A DNA stretch of 64,000 nucleotides from Macrostomum lignano (GCA_002269645.1 NIVC01000460.1:248001-312000), one strand, 5' to 3'. Shown: positions 37,101 to 50,965, counted from the stretch's first letter. Translations and numbers: made by a program. The notes: generated by a model from the sequence alone, not told the origin.

Positions 37101-40100
37101 CCACGCTGCAGAGTCCGCCAGTTGGTCCACTGTGGCGACAAGAGGCCGGCGAGACGGTGCTGGCGACTCCCGACGGGGTCAATGGGTACGTGGTCGTGCG
37201 AACACGCAGCTGGGTCGATGGGGCACCGGTGACCATCTCAGTGCTGGACAGGAGCGGGCAGAAACGACTGGCGGTGCAGCTCACGGTCGAAGAGGACTCG
37301 GCGCAGAGAGCTCGCGGACTGAGGCAGATGGCCACGGTGCTGCCGCAGGGTGAGGCCATGTTGTTGAGTATCACATGCACACGTGTCATCATCGTCAGCT
37401 GATCTGAACTCTCATCGTCGCTGGTCTTGACTCCTAACTCTCTCTCATCATCAGCTGGTCTTGACTATTAACTCTCTCTCATCATCAGCTGGTCTTGACT
37501 ATTAACTCTCTCTCATCATCAGCTGGTCTTGACTATTAACTCTCTCTCATCATCAGCTGGTCTTGACTCCTAACTCTCTCTCATCATCAGCTGGTCTTGA
37601 CTTCAGCTGGTCTTGACTCTTGACTCTCTCTCATCGTCAGCTGGTCTTGACTCTTTACTCTCTCTCATCGTCAGCTGGTCTTGACTCTTTACTCTCTCTC
37701 ATCGTCAGCTGGTCTTGACTCTTTACTCTCTCTCATCGTCAGCTGGTCTTGACTCTTTACTCTCTCTCATCATCAGCTGGTCTTGACTCTACTCTCTCTC
37801 ATCATCAGCTGGTCTTGACTCCTAACTCTCTCTCATCATCAGCTGGTCTTGACTCCTAACTCTCTCTCATCGTCAGCTGGTCTTGACTTCAGCTGGTCTT
37901 GACTCTTAACTCTCTCATCATCAGCTGGTCTTGACTCTTTACTCCCTCTCATCATCAGCTGGTCTTGACTCCTAACTCTCTCTCATCATCAGCTGGTCTT
38001 GACTCTTTACTCTCTCTCTCATCATCAGCTGGTCTTGACTCCTAACTCTCTCTCATCATCAGCTGGTCTTGACTCCTAACTCTCTCTCTCATCATCAGCT
38101 GGTCTTGACTCTTTACTCTCTCTCATCGTCAGCTGGTCTTGACTCCTAACTCTCTCTCATCATCAGCTGGTCTTGACTCCTAACTCTCTCTCATCGTCAG
38201 CTGGTCTTGACTCCTAACTCTCTCTCATCATCAGCTGGTCTTGACTCCTAACTCTCTCTCATCGTCAGCTGGTCTTAACTACTGGGCTATAAGTTCACTA
38301 CTCATTAGTAGTACGTAGAAAGGCGGTACCATACTTTTAGACTGGTTGAAGACTTACCAAATCTATGGAATTTCAGGCGGCATTCTGCTTGTCTATTCGA
38401 CGTTCTCGAACGCCGAAAGCGTCGGTTCGAACTCCACAGCCACCGACGGAGCCGGGCCACCCATAGTGGCAGTTGACTTAAGAACCGGCAACCGTCTGAA
38501 CGACTATCTGTCTGCTAGAGGACGAGCGGGTGACGGCAGCCCAGCCCGCGGCTGCTTGTTCGTGTCGCCCTACGGAGATTTCGTGCTGCGCGTGTCTGGC
38601 CAGCGCATCGTGGCGTACAAAATCCGACCGAATGGTGAGTCGCATGGGACAGACTGAAGCTGCAGTGCGCTGTAAGCTCAAGGGAACTAAAAAATACTTT
38701 ACATCTATCTCTCTCTCTCTCCCTCGGACTCACTGCTGACCTCAGCGCACTCTCAAACACTCACTGTTACCCTCAGCACACTCTCAAACACTCACTGTTA
38801 CCCTCAGCACACTCTCAAACACTCACTGCTACCCTCAGCACACTCTCAAACACTCACTGTTACCCTCAGCACACTCTCAAACACTCAGTTACCCTCAGCA
38901 CACTCTTAAACACTCACTGTTACCCTCAGCACACTCTCAACCACTCACTGTTACCCTCAGCACACTCTCAAACACTCACTGTTACCCTCAGCACACTCTC
39001 AAACACTCAGTTACCCTCAGCACACTCTCAAACACTCACTGTTACCCTCAGCACACTCTCAAACACTCACTGTTACCCTCAGCACACTCTCAAACACTCA
39101 CTGTTACCCTCAGCACACTCTCAAACACTCACTGTTACCCTCAGCACACTCTCAAACACTCACTGTTACCCTCAGCACACTCTCAAACACTCACTGTTAC
39201 CCTCAGCACACTCTCAAACACTCACTGTTACCCTCAGCACACTCTCAAACACTCAGTTACCCTCAGCACACTCTCAAACACTCACTGTTACCCTCAGCAC
39301 ACTCTCAACCACTCACTGTTACCCTCAGCACACTCTCAAACACTCACTGTTACCCTCAGCACACTCTCAAACACTCACTGTTACCCTCAGCACACTCTCA
39401 AACACTCAGTTACCCTCAGCACACTCTCAAACACTCACTGTTACCCTCAGCACACTCTCAACCACTCACTGTTACCCTCAGCACACTCTCAAACACTCAG
39501 TTACCCTCAGCACACTCTCAAACACTCAGTTACCCTCAGCACACTCTCAAACACTCGCTGTTACCCTCAGCACACTCTCAAACACTCACTGCTACCCTCA
39601 GCACACTCTCAAACACTCACTGTTACCCTCAGCACACTCTCAAACACTCACTGTTACCCTCAGCACACTCTCAAACACTCACTGTTACCCTCAACACGCT
39701 CTCAACCACTCACTGTTACCCTCAGCACACTCTCAAACACTCACTGTTACCCTCAGCACACTCTCAAACACTCAGTTACCCTCAGCACACTCTCAAACAC
39801 TCAGTTACCCTCAGCACACTCTCAAACACTCAGTTACCCTCAGCACACTCTCAAACACTCACCGCTACACTCAGCACACTCTCGAACACTCACTGTTACC
39901 CTCATCACACTTGAGACACACTGTACATCCAGGAAAGCTTACGCTTCCAAGAATTTCAACTCCGTGAACGGAATAACCTGGCAAACAAGCGCCTACCGAA
40001 ATGTAATCCTAAATTAAAAAAATCCTTTCAATCACAGGCAAATTGGCTCCAATATTGTCCGACACAGCTGGTGTTCGACTTCGTAGCGTCGCTTTCCACC

Positions 40101-40465
40101 GAGGCACGGACGCGAAGCAGCGCGTTCTCGCTGTCACTAACAGGCCAGGCTGTCTGCTGACTGTCTGGCTGGAGAAACAGCAATTCCAGCTGACATTGGG
40201 TAGGTCCGAGAGGGACAGAATGGGACAATGGGAGAGGCCGAGCGAAACCTCAAGCCAAGCCCATCTCCCAATTCCAGATGAGAGCTTCTCGGACAAATCG
40301 GTCGTCACAGCTCCGGTCTTCGGCGACCGCGCCCTGCTGCACTCGACTGACTCGGCGCAGTTCCTTCGGACAGATCGGCAAGGCGGAGTTCAACCCGCTG
40401 CCGGCGACGGGTGCGGCAAGCGGCTCTTTCTGCAGCTGCAGCAAGCATTATGGCTGATCGACTGA
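25113..40465 (+). CDS. FSTL4/5: Mahya / follistatin-like 4-5 type secreted protein (signal peptide, follistatin-Kazal, two Ig domains, beta-propeller); exons 25113-25203, 25289-25621, 31265-31422, 31502-31622, 32370-32537, 35231-35362, 36684-37349, 38377-38634, 40038-40465 (784 aa)
   Basis: Signal peptide MTAVSILILMVVSTQLISA. Kazal motif [21 protein letters not shown]. Ig motifs LCDI..IEWLKNG / DAGQYRC and PRVRVYPSM..FYC / LHISNL..TGIYSCRVENMAG. Propeller segments CDWGAAV..WVFAAQPSLGRLL, LSYQQLADRVW and FVSPYGDFVL are collinear with FSTL5. All eight junctions are GT-AG and phase-consistent, and the 2355 nt total gives an open frame. Confidence 0.9.
25660..26848. repeat. Minisatellite: 33-bp units (GCGCCTGAGGAGAGGGTAGCAGCACTCACTGAA), then about 37-bp units with extra AG dinucleotides
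   Basis: Direct reading; starts just after the exon 2 donor of the FSTL-like gene. Confidence 0.92.
27276..30601 (-). mobile_element. Non-autonomous Helitron, about 3.3 kb, in intron 2 of the FSTL-like gene
   Basis: The minus-strand 5' end is TC-TAATATACTAAAAATGGTTTGTCTGTCC...GCTCAACCGATCTTCTTCAAACTT at 30601. The 3' end is an imperfect hairpin (GCGCATTGGCGC within CCAC...GTGG) followed by CTAG (27279-27276) and a flanking T. No Rep/helicase ORF is visible. Confidence 0.55.
28510..29270. repeat. Degenerate (TTCTTG)n low-complexity array
   Basis: Direct reading; source of the VL-, FL- and SC-repeat ORFs. Confidence 0.9.
30602..30635 (-). mobile_element. Helitron 3' terminus (hairpin plus CTAG) fused head-to-tail to the neighbouring Helitron 5' end
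   Basis: The minus strand reads GGGCGCCCCGAAGGGGGGCACTAGCTTG-CTAG and is immediately followed by TC at 30601-30600. Confidence 0.55.
31660..32310. repeat. Minisatellite, about 17-bp unit GAGAGTGAAGG(GACAGT/TGGAGT)
   Basis: Direct reading; intronic. Confidence 0.9.
32886..33175. mobile_element. hAT (Charlie-like) MITE with internal (CT)n
   Basis: Imperfect TIRs CAGGGTTCGGAAAATT / AAAAAGTTTGCCGATCCTTG, subterminal GGCCCGC motifs, and flanking 8-mers GTTTGCAC / GCTTACAC (6 of 8 identical) that fit a decayed 8-bp TSD. Confidence 0.6.
33697..35108 (+). mobile_element. Non-autonomous hAT-like MITE with an expanded 21-22-bp minisatellite (CCCGCGGCGCTAAAA(A)GGAGTG); copy 2
   Basis: The left part GGGGGGCATGCCAATGCTTTGTCCCCCC..GTGACCCGTT is homologous to the copy at 18927. 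The array spans 33785-34995, and the right end CATGGCGACGCCCCAG complements the CAGGGGCGTCGCCAT terminus of copy 1. Confidence 0.65.
35445..35812. repeat. Minisatellite, 14-bp unit TTTGACTGTCACAA
   Basis: Direct reading; intronic. Confidence 0.93.
37395..38278. repeat. Minisatellite, about 33-35-bp unit CATCAGCTGGTCTTGACTCCTAACTCTCTCTCAT
   Basis: Direct reading; intronic. Confidence 0.92.
38738..39905. repeat. Minisatellite, about 31-bp unit CACTCACTGTTACCCTCAGCACACTCTCAAA
   Basis: Direct reading; intronic. Confidence 0.93.
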
Positions 40466-40489
40466 ACAGCTGACTGAGTGCTGATTGAT

Positions 40490-41221
<732 letters not shown>

Positions 41222-42611
41222 AATTTCGTCACACGGACAAAACTTAAAAGGCCTTCATTGCCCTTCATTGCAATATCTCCTATTGAAATTTAAATCATAA
41301 TTACAAGCAGTTCTCAAGGACCTTTAAAACCCCTGGACTGGACTCAATGTGTTTGTAAATTGATAATTTATGTTATTATACACTTACTAAACAGACGGAT
41401 GTTTGAAAAAACGAATTAAGCTTGCATTTCGATACTGAGTGTCCATGGAGACTTCAAAGGTCTTTGATTTCCGTTCCCTTGAAACTGTTGTGTTTTGTTC
41501 ATACTGCCACTGGTGTGGCTCGATCTGCTCTCATACTGTCATTAACCAGATTATTCACTTTGATATCTAAGTATAGATTTCATAAATTTAGCATCTTGTG
41601 GGTCAAATATAACAACCAATGGTACCAATAATACTAGTAGGTGAACGTAATTTCAAAATTAAATGATTTTATGCTAAATAAAGCAGAAAAATGATGCACA
41701 ATGTAAAATTCTTGACTTCATAAAGCACATTTAATAAGGTTCATAGCTTTTAATACCCATATAAATAATAACCTTAGTAATATTATTAAATAATTAATTC
41801 TACTAATCTAATAATTTATCTGGAATTTGTGAGCTGATAAAAAAATAATAAATAATTGAATGAATAAGTAAATAAATAAATAATATACTAACCGCGACCA
41901 GCTCTGCTTAACTTGCAGATGTTAGTGACAAAAATTCGCGGAATTTCACGATAAAGAAATTCAATTATAATAATTGCTTTAAAAACGAAAAATCTCCAAC
42001 TCTGTGAATATTATTAGAGCACCCTTCATCTCATGATAGAGGCCATATTGAGACGGAAAAAGTATTAAGTTAAATTTTTATAGCTTTCATTTCTATTAGC
42101 GAAATTATAGTTGAAAAGTGGCGTTGAGAGAGAGAAAATGAAAAAAAGTGATTTAAGGCTACTGTTTATCTCTGAGCGTCAAAACAAATAAACCCGCAGT
42201 CCCATACTACGGTAATTACCTTTTATATTTTAGCTGAATCATGACAAAAACAAGTTATGCTATCGGAGAAGTCTAGACAGTCAAAATAATACAACAGAGC
42301 CCGCCTCAAGGCCGCTCTAACAACCGAATCCGGTTGGCTCATTATCGATGATGGGACCGGTTTGTAAAACTAGTCGGTGACCGCGCATCATTGTTGATGT
42401 GTGCTTCATCAGGGAGACATTAAACAGATGTCGCTTTGATACAAATTTTCAATTACATTAGCACAAAAGATGCGAGCTTCTAGAGATCATGTTTCAATTG
42501 AATTCAGTGCTTCAATTTTCAATGTACGAATTTTTATTCACAAATAGCCCACGCATGCATCATGAGAAGGCTAGGAAGAGAGAAGTTGAATGGGCAGGTT
42601 TAACACAGCGC

Positions 42612-43170
<559 letters not shown>

Positions 43171-43664
43171 ATTTATGGTGTTGTTCTACAAGTATTTGCT
43201 TTATTCTTATCTGAAATTTTAAGGTCTTTAAGGCCTTCTTGTATAGGTATAGCTATATATTTAGTATCTAGTTTTTAATATTTTTTTCATTCATTTTTTT
43301 TTATTACTCATCATACTTAATCTATTTATTTTGCCAACCTTTTTTTCTCCGGACCTATGTAGCTCGTACTATCGTACTCTACTTTTAGCCACCAAGCTGT
43401 TTTTTAGAGTCTCTGACTCATCATATTGTACATGCACTCACCTTGCGTAGTGCTTCACGCGCTTGTACTTCTTTATTCCTCTCTCTCTTTATCGATTTTC
43501 CTCCCTGGCGTTATCCCCTTTAAATATTGACGGCAAATCGCACAAATAAACTTTATACTCGCCCTGACGAAGAATATACAATATTCGAAAAATCGGCAAA
43601 TTTAACTAAACTGACCTTTATCAGTCCTTTTTACCGAGTCAGTGCCTGAGATTGGAGGTGCCCT

Positions 43665-43665
43665 C

Positions 43666-43701
<36 letters not shown>

Positions 43702-43752
43702 CCCCTCTCTCTCTATCTCTCTCTCTCTCTATCTCTCTCCCCTCTCTCTCTA

Positions 43753-43785
<33 letters not shown>

Positions 43786-43810
43786 ATCTCTCTCTTCCCC
43801 CCCTCTCTCT
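43665..43810. repeat. (CT)n/(CTAT)n microsatellite
   Basis: Direct reading. Confidence 0.9.
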
Positions 43811-43938
43811 CTCGGCTTCCCCCTGTCAAGCCGCATCACTTCAAAAACAAAAACAAAAACTCAAACACTGAGTCTCTGAGCTAGTGTCAAGAGAGGACAA
43901 CAGAGGTTAGAAAGTCAATGCGGTCTCCGCGAGAGGAT

Positions 43939-44030
43939 ATTGGATTGGTAAAAAAGTGCGCGATTGGTTGCTAAATGCGATGGCTTCCTCCCCGTAGTCA
44001 AAACAAAATGAAATCAATTATTTATATATA
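43939..44030 (+). promoter_or_regulatory. Candidate core promoter of the DEG/ENaC gene
   Basis: Three ATTGG (inverted CCAAT) motifs at 43939-43967 and TTTATATATA at 44021-44030, about 85 nt before the ATG. Confidence 0.4.
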
Positions 44031-44114
44031 CGTCTAACTCTGCCATGGTAGGCAGAGAGAGCGTGACTTTTCAGAAATAAACCGACCATAAAATACAGTT
44101 TGACTTTGACTATC

Positions 44115-47100
44115 ATGGATAGCGAGCGAAACAACGACGGGATGAAGGAACTGCTGAGGGGCTTTGCTAGCCGGACCACGGCTCACGGAGTCCAACGGCT
44201 GACGATGGGCCTGAAGATGCAGCGCCTATTCTGGCTGATCATCATCCTGGCCTCCTGCGTCGGCTTCAGCGTGCACCTGAACGAGCTGGTCAGTCGGTAC
44301 CTCAGATATCCGGTGACCAGCGAGGTTCTAACCGGCATCCGGGACATCCAATTTCCATCTGCGACCATCTGCTCAACGGACAATGTGCCTAGAATGTTTT
44401 TCGACCAGGGCATCCAGCCGCCTGACAATCTCAATCCAGGTGGGGAATATTGGCATTATTACTACGCTCGTATTATTATTATTATTACTACTATTGTTAT
44501 AATTAGTGTAAGGGGGTTGTGGGCATCTTAGCGCAAAGCTCTTGGCAACAACAATACGAGTATTCCAATACGAGTTACGAGGATGATACATACATTTACA
44601 TTATATGCAAGGACCAATGCATATTTTTGACTCAGAGAAAATTCTAAGTAAACAAATAAGGTCTTAGAATTAAAAAAATGATAGTAATTAACATCAGCTT
44701 CCTCTACAATTCCGCTACAGGCTTTATCCTTATAATTTCACAGTGTAGGCACATGATAGTCATACAACTGCCACCACTGCTGGGTCCTATAAAATTAGAA
44801 TTGCATTAGCTCATGGTTGAAATTGCATTTTTGCTGAGGTGTGATTTCAAACCTTTAACTTCTCCCTAACGCCATCCAGGTAGTCCAAGAAAGGCCAGGT
44901 CGATCATCCTGGATACGGCCAGGCTCTACTATCAGCTGCGAATGCTCAACTCCAGTCTGAACCCGCTGGTCATGCATTGGCCAAATGAAACCTTCGACGA
45001 TGGCCGATTCGCTGCCAGAAAGATCGTCGGCGGCATGAGGGACAGCTTCCAGCAGCCGTACGAGATCGTGCTGAACTGCCGGTTCAACTCTCAGCCCTGC
45101 AGCTACGAGAACTTCACTGTCTACAGAGACGAACAGATGTGAGCATGTGAACTTGTTTTCAGGGTCTGTTTGCCCAACCTTAGCGGGGCAGCCAAGGTCT
45201 CCGCGCTTCGTTGAAGTGCGGGCAGAATGTGACGCGGTTCTCCGCCGTTTCCTTCTCTAGACCAACAACAACAACAACAACAAAGTAATTCAACCGCCAA
45301 CCACTCAGTGGCCAGAAAGGGGGAAGTCAGAGTGAGCGTCTCTGGGCCATAGCCCTCAGAAAGTCACACCCCCCCCCCCAGCTTGGTCCGGTCGTATCCT
45401 GGTACATCGACATGATGGCGGAAATCAGTTGCTCCGGTACATTGTATGCGCTATAGATCACAAAAGAGGCAAATGGAGGAGCAAACGCTTTGCATTGAAG
45501 TAGCTCGCATGCCTCTAAAAGGAGCCATGATCAAGGATATTAGGTATTTGATCGAATACCTTCCGGTTTATAACAGGCATCGTCTTACAGATACGAACAG
45601 ATGTGAGCTTTAGAATTCTATTTTCAAGGGGACTGGCGATGACTTCTGACTAGCAGAGGTAGTTAAGTATAATCATTCTTCCGACCGATTCTTCGGAGCA
45701 TTCAGACGCACTCCTGACGTTTAAATAAACTCTTCAAAATTCCATATTAAGGTACTACTGTCTGACCTTTGACCCACCCAATGGCACTGTGGCTCGCCCA
45801 GACGTCGGCAACGGCCTGTACATGGTTCTGATGGGGGTGAGCGACTCCCTACGCTCTGATGACGAGCAGGCCGAGTACACTGCTGGCTTCCGGATTGCTC
45901 TGCACGACAAAGGTGAGGCTTTTGATTCTGGTCCGCTCTGTAAACTTCAAGCAGTGTCCGAATTCAGATGCAAAAAGCCTACAAGCAAGTAAACACAGCT
46001 TGCGGATCTCCTTCAAAGCAACTTCCAGGCAAGTGAATTCCATCAAGTCTGAGAAAATTCTGTTGCTAACGGATTTTTTAATCGAAATTGGCTTTAAGTC
46101 AACATCCAAAGGGATATTCACAGTCCTTGCACAACGCCTTCTGCGACATTGTCACACAACTAGCGCTGAGGCAATTGGTCCTCGTGAATGTGAATCGATG
46201 ATTTTCTAAAAAACACTTCAGGCGTGAAACCGGATCTATCAATGGCTTCGTTCATGGCCCCTTACGGAACCAAGACAATGGCAAAGTTCTCCGTGCACTC
46301 CTTTGAGCGAATCAACCGGGCGAATTCTCCCTGCGAGAACCAGCTGCCAAATGCTGAATACACTGAGGTCTACTCATCACCTACTCCGAGCGGATTCGAG
46401 CATCGGACCTTCAGAGGCTGGACGCGCGACTGCGAGTGGCGCCGAATGCAGGACGAGTTCGTGTCCGAGTGCGGCTGTCTGGCCTCGCACCTGCCGCTGC
46501 CCAGAGACCTGATGGAGAGCGGCTTGAGGCCGTGTCACGATGGACTTCCTGACGATGTGAGCTAAATTTGACCATGTGAAATGAAAATTTGGTGGAATAG
46601 CGCTTATGGCACTTGATGCAGGAGCTGAGACTGGCTGACAGATGGTTGGTCTCGGGCCCACGTCCCTGAGTTCGATTTCTGTGCCAAATGGCCGCATTTA
46701 ATACTGAGTAATTTGAGTTCATCAACGATAATTTAAATCCTAATAATATCTACAGCATTGGGTCTGGCTTCAATCAGAAGCAATTAGAAATTTTGTGCTG
46801 AATTTTGTGTGGAATCGAACTAGGGGTCGTTGTGGAACTAGAGTCAGTGTTTATCACAGAGCTGCTATGCCACCCCTAAGTAACTAGTTATGTATCAATT
46901 TTTCTAAATTTAATTTACGCTTAATTAACATTTCCTATGGGCCTCTGATTTTTCTGAAGCTTTGCAACTGCAATTCCTCTTTTTGCAGTTTTTCTACCGC
47001 GACATACAGGTAGTGGACAATAACACTAGGAGCAACAGACACTATATGATTCTGAACAGCACAGGGCACTATGAGCGACTCACGCAGTATTTGGCTGACA

Positions 47101-49319
47101 ATAAGGCAATTTTTGGCGGAGTTATTGAGTCAGCCAAATGTTCTGACAGAGTCAGGTGAGGTCTGTTTTAGATTTTTTAATTTCAAAGCTGTACTCTAGT
47201 TTCTTAATCCCATGTTTTGTCAGTTCCTTTTTCCCTAGTTCCCTAGTTCCTTAGTTCCCTAGTTCCCTAGTTCCCTAGTTCCCTAGTTTCCTAGTTCCCT
47301 ACTTACCTAGTTCCCTAGTTCCCTAGTTCCCTAGTTCCCTACTTACCTAGTTCTCTAGTTCCCTAGTTCCCTAGTTCCCTAGTTCCCTACTTACCTAGTT
47401 CCCTAGTTCCCTAGTTCCCTAGTTCCCTACTTACCTAGTTCCCTAGTTCCCTAGTTCCTTAGTTCCCTAGTTTTCTAGTTCTTTAGTTCCCTAGTTCCCT
47501 AGTTCCCTAGTTCCCTAGTTCCCTAGTTCCTTAGTTCCTTAGTTTCCCTAGTTCCCTAGTTCCCTAGTTCCCTAGTTCCCTAGTTCCCTAGTTCCCTAGT
47601 TCCCTAGTTCCCTAGTTCCCTATTTCCTTAGTTCCCTAGTTCCCTAGTTCCTTAGTTCCTTAGTTCCTTAGTTCCCTAGTTCCCTAGTTCCTTAGTTCCC
47701 TAGTTCCCTAGTTCCTTAGTTCCTTAGTTCCCTAGTTCCCTAGTTCCCTAGTTCCTTAGTTCCCTAGTTCCCTAGTTCCTTAGTTCCTTAGTTCCCTAGT
47801 TCCCTAGTTTCCTAGTTCCCTAGTTCCTTAGTTCCTTAGTTTCCCTAGTTCCCTAGTTCCCTACTTACCTAGTTCCCTAGTTCCCTAGTTCCTTAGTTCC
47901 TTAGTTTCCCTAGTTCCCTAGTTCCCTACTTACCTAGTTCCCTAGTTCCCTAGTTCCCTACTTCCTTAGTTCCCTAGTTCCCTAGTTCCTTAGTTCCTTA
48001 GTTTCCCTAGTTCCCTAGTTCCCTAGTTCACTAGTTCCTTAGTTCCCTAGTTCCCTAGTTCCTTAGTTCCTTAGTTCCCTAGTTCCCTAGTTCCCTAGTT
48101 CCCTAGTTCCTTAGTTCCTTAGTTTCCCTAGTTCCCTAGTTCCCTACTTACCTAGTTCCTTAGTTCCTTAGTTCCCTAGTTCCCTAGTTCCCTAGTTCCT
48201 TAGTTCCCTACTTACCTAGTTCTCTAGTTCCCTAGTTCCCTAGTTCCCTAGTTCCCTAGTTCCCTAGTTCCCTAGTTCCCTATTTCCTTAGTTCCCTAGT
48301 TCCCTAGTTCCTTAGTTCCTTAGTTCCTTAGTTCCCTAGTTCCCTAGTTCCTTAGTTCCCTAGTTCCCTAGTTCCTTAGTTCCTTAGTTCCCTAGTTACC
48401 TAGTTCCTTAGTTCCTTAGTTCCCTAGTTCCCTAGTTCCTTAGTTCCTTAGTTTCCCTAGTTCCCTAGTTCCCTACTTACCTAGTTCCCTAGTTCCCTAG
48501 TTCCCTAGTTCCTTAGTTCCCTAGTTCCCTAGTTCCTTAGTTCCTTAGTTTCCTTAGTTCCCTAGTTCCCTAGTTCCCTAGTTCCTTAGTTCCCTAGTTC
48601 CCTAGTTCCTTAGTTCCTTAGTTCCCTAGTTCCCTAGTTCCCTAGTTCCCTAGTTCCCTAGTTCCTTAGTTCCTTAGTTTCCCTAGTTCCCTAGTTCCCT
48701 AGTTCCGTAGTTTCCTAGTTAGCCAGTTTCCTACTTCTCTGTTCACTTGCTTCCTAGATCCATTGTCCCTGTTTCCGTAAATCCCAAGTTCCCAAGTCGT
48801 CTCAGTTAGGAGTTAATTTTCGGTCAAAGCTTTTCTGGTATTCCTGATAAAAACGGAACAGGCTCGTACGTCGCTGTCTCATTGCTCAGGCACCGCCAGA
48901 ACACGGCTGGCGTGAGCGCTGCCGTGGCCTCCTGCAAACTGCTCTGCAATGTGAACCAGTACAACGTATTCCCAGACAGAGTGCCCTGGCCATCGAACCT
49001 GAAATTGGCCGAGTTCATCATCAACCGCATTGGCAGACGGCGCAAAATCCATTTGAAGTCGCAGAACATCACCAGCAAGGTGGTCCAGAATCTGGTTGGC
49101 AGAACGCTGCACGTCATAAATAACCCGTCAATTAGTGTAGTGGATTTGTACCCAATCAGCACGAAGGCCACTGTCACTTCCGAGGCTCTGGCCTACGAGT
49201 TGCGCAATCTATTCTCAGATCTGGGCGGAATTCTCGGTAAATTATAGGCAGTTTTGGCTTTTCGAGTTGCTCGATTTTAAAATGTTTTAAAAAAATTAAT
49301 GTTTTGAGGGTCGTGACGG

Positions 49320-49370
<51 letters not shown>

Positions 49371-49373
49371 CTA

Positions 49374-49416
<43 letters not shown>

Positions 49417-49465
49417 AACTAAGACAGACAGACACTAAGACAGACAGACAGACAGACAGACACTA

Positions 49466-49530
<65 letters not shown>

Positions 49531-49533
49531 CTA

Positions 49534-49574
<41 letters not shown>

Positions 49575-49577
49575 CTA

Positions 49578-49650
<73 letters not shown>

Positions 49651-50071
49651 TGTTTTAAGGGTCGTGGTGCGAGACTCAGTCATAATATGACAGTCATTTG
49701 CCTTTTTGCACACTCTACAAAAGATTTGCTTTAAATTCTGTTATTGCTACTCTTTAGTAGGCGATCTCTTACTTAGTCTTTTCTTGTCTATGGTCGAGTG
49801 TAGTTATTTGGGAGTGAATGAAGACTTTTACTTTACAGCACTACTAAGACACGTACGAGTATGTAGACGAATTAAACTACAAGTTGTACTTCAAATTCAC
49901 CAACATCTTTATTAAGCTTTGTTTACAGAATTAATAGTTTGCAGCGCTTTTCGGCCCACAGGCTTGTGGATTGGAACTTCGGTGATCACTCTGCTGGAGC
50001 TGCTGGAGTTCCTTGGCCAGCTGCTGATTTCTGGACTGTACTCTGCTCGAAAGAAGTGCTCGAAAGCTTAA
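44115..50071 (+). CDS. DEG/ENaC-family (amiloride-sensitive, ASIC/FaNaC-like) channel subunit; exons 44115-44439, 44880-45138, 45752-45912, 46222-46556, 46989-47155, 48890-49236, 49962-50071 (567 aa)
   Basis: Pre-TM1 motif [11 protein letters not shown]1, and the post-TM1 motif YLRYPV..FPSATIC. The ectodomain has [14 protein letters not shown], Cys-rich ECGC and WPS. TM2 reads [22 protein letters not shown] with a GxS filter. All junctions are GT-AG and phase-consistent (1704 nt). Confidence 0.93.
47230..48720. repeat. Minisatellite, 9-bp unit TAGTTCC(C/T)T
   Basis: Direct reading; intron 5 of the channel gene. Confidence 0.95.
49316..49650. repeat. (GACA)n with GACACTAA variants, flanked by a 17-bp near-perfect direct repeat
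   Basis: ATGTTTTGAGGGTCGTG (49299-49315) and ATGTTTTAAGGGTCGTG (49650-49666) bracket the array. Confidence 0.88.
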
Positions 50072-50417
50072 CGACAAGAAAGAAATCTTTACAGAGAGTT
50101 TCTCTTGAACTTATGAAGCTTATGCAAGCAATATACATTGCGGAGGGATGCATTGGTTGCAAAGAAAAAAATGCTAGAATACATTGCTGTGATTTGCCAC
50201 GAAGTGCTTGAATAGTGGCAAATAGTCTGGCAGTTAGCGCTGCGTTGGGTTCACTTATGCGCCGCAACTTGGTCTCTTGTTATTTTTTTATCTGCATTTT
50301 TCCATTCGATTAGTTATGGCATGGAAATTTTACAGTGGGTGAATAGGCTAAAATGGGGCTCACATCAACGCTGGCTTTATACAGACTGCATGTTGGCATC
50401 CATGAATTATTTCTTGA

Positions 50418-50638
50418 TAGACACTAAGACAGACAGACAGACACTAAGACAGACAGACACTAATACAGACAGACACTAGGACAGACAGACAGACACTAAG
50501 ACAGACAGACACTAAGACAGACAGACACTAAGACAGACAGACAGACAGACAGACACTAAGACAGACAGACAGACAGACAGACAGACACTAAGACAGACAG
50601 ACAGACAGACACTAAGACAGACAGACAGACAGAGACAC

Positions 50639-50688
<50 letters not shown>

Positions 50689-50747
50689 CGACAGACAGAC
50701 AGACAGACACTAAGACAGACAGACAGACAGAGACACAAAGACAGAAC

Positions 50748-50783
<36 letters not shown>

Positions 50784-50786
50784 CTA

Positions 50787-50867
<81 letters not shown>

Positions 50868-50870
50868 CTA

Positions 50871-50965
<95 letters not shown>

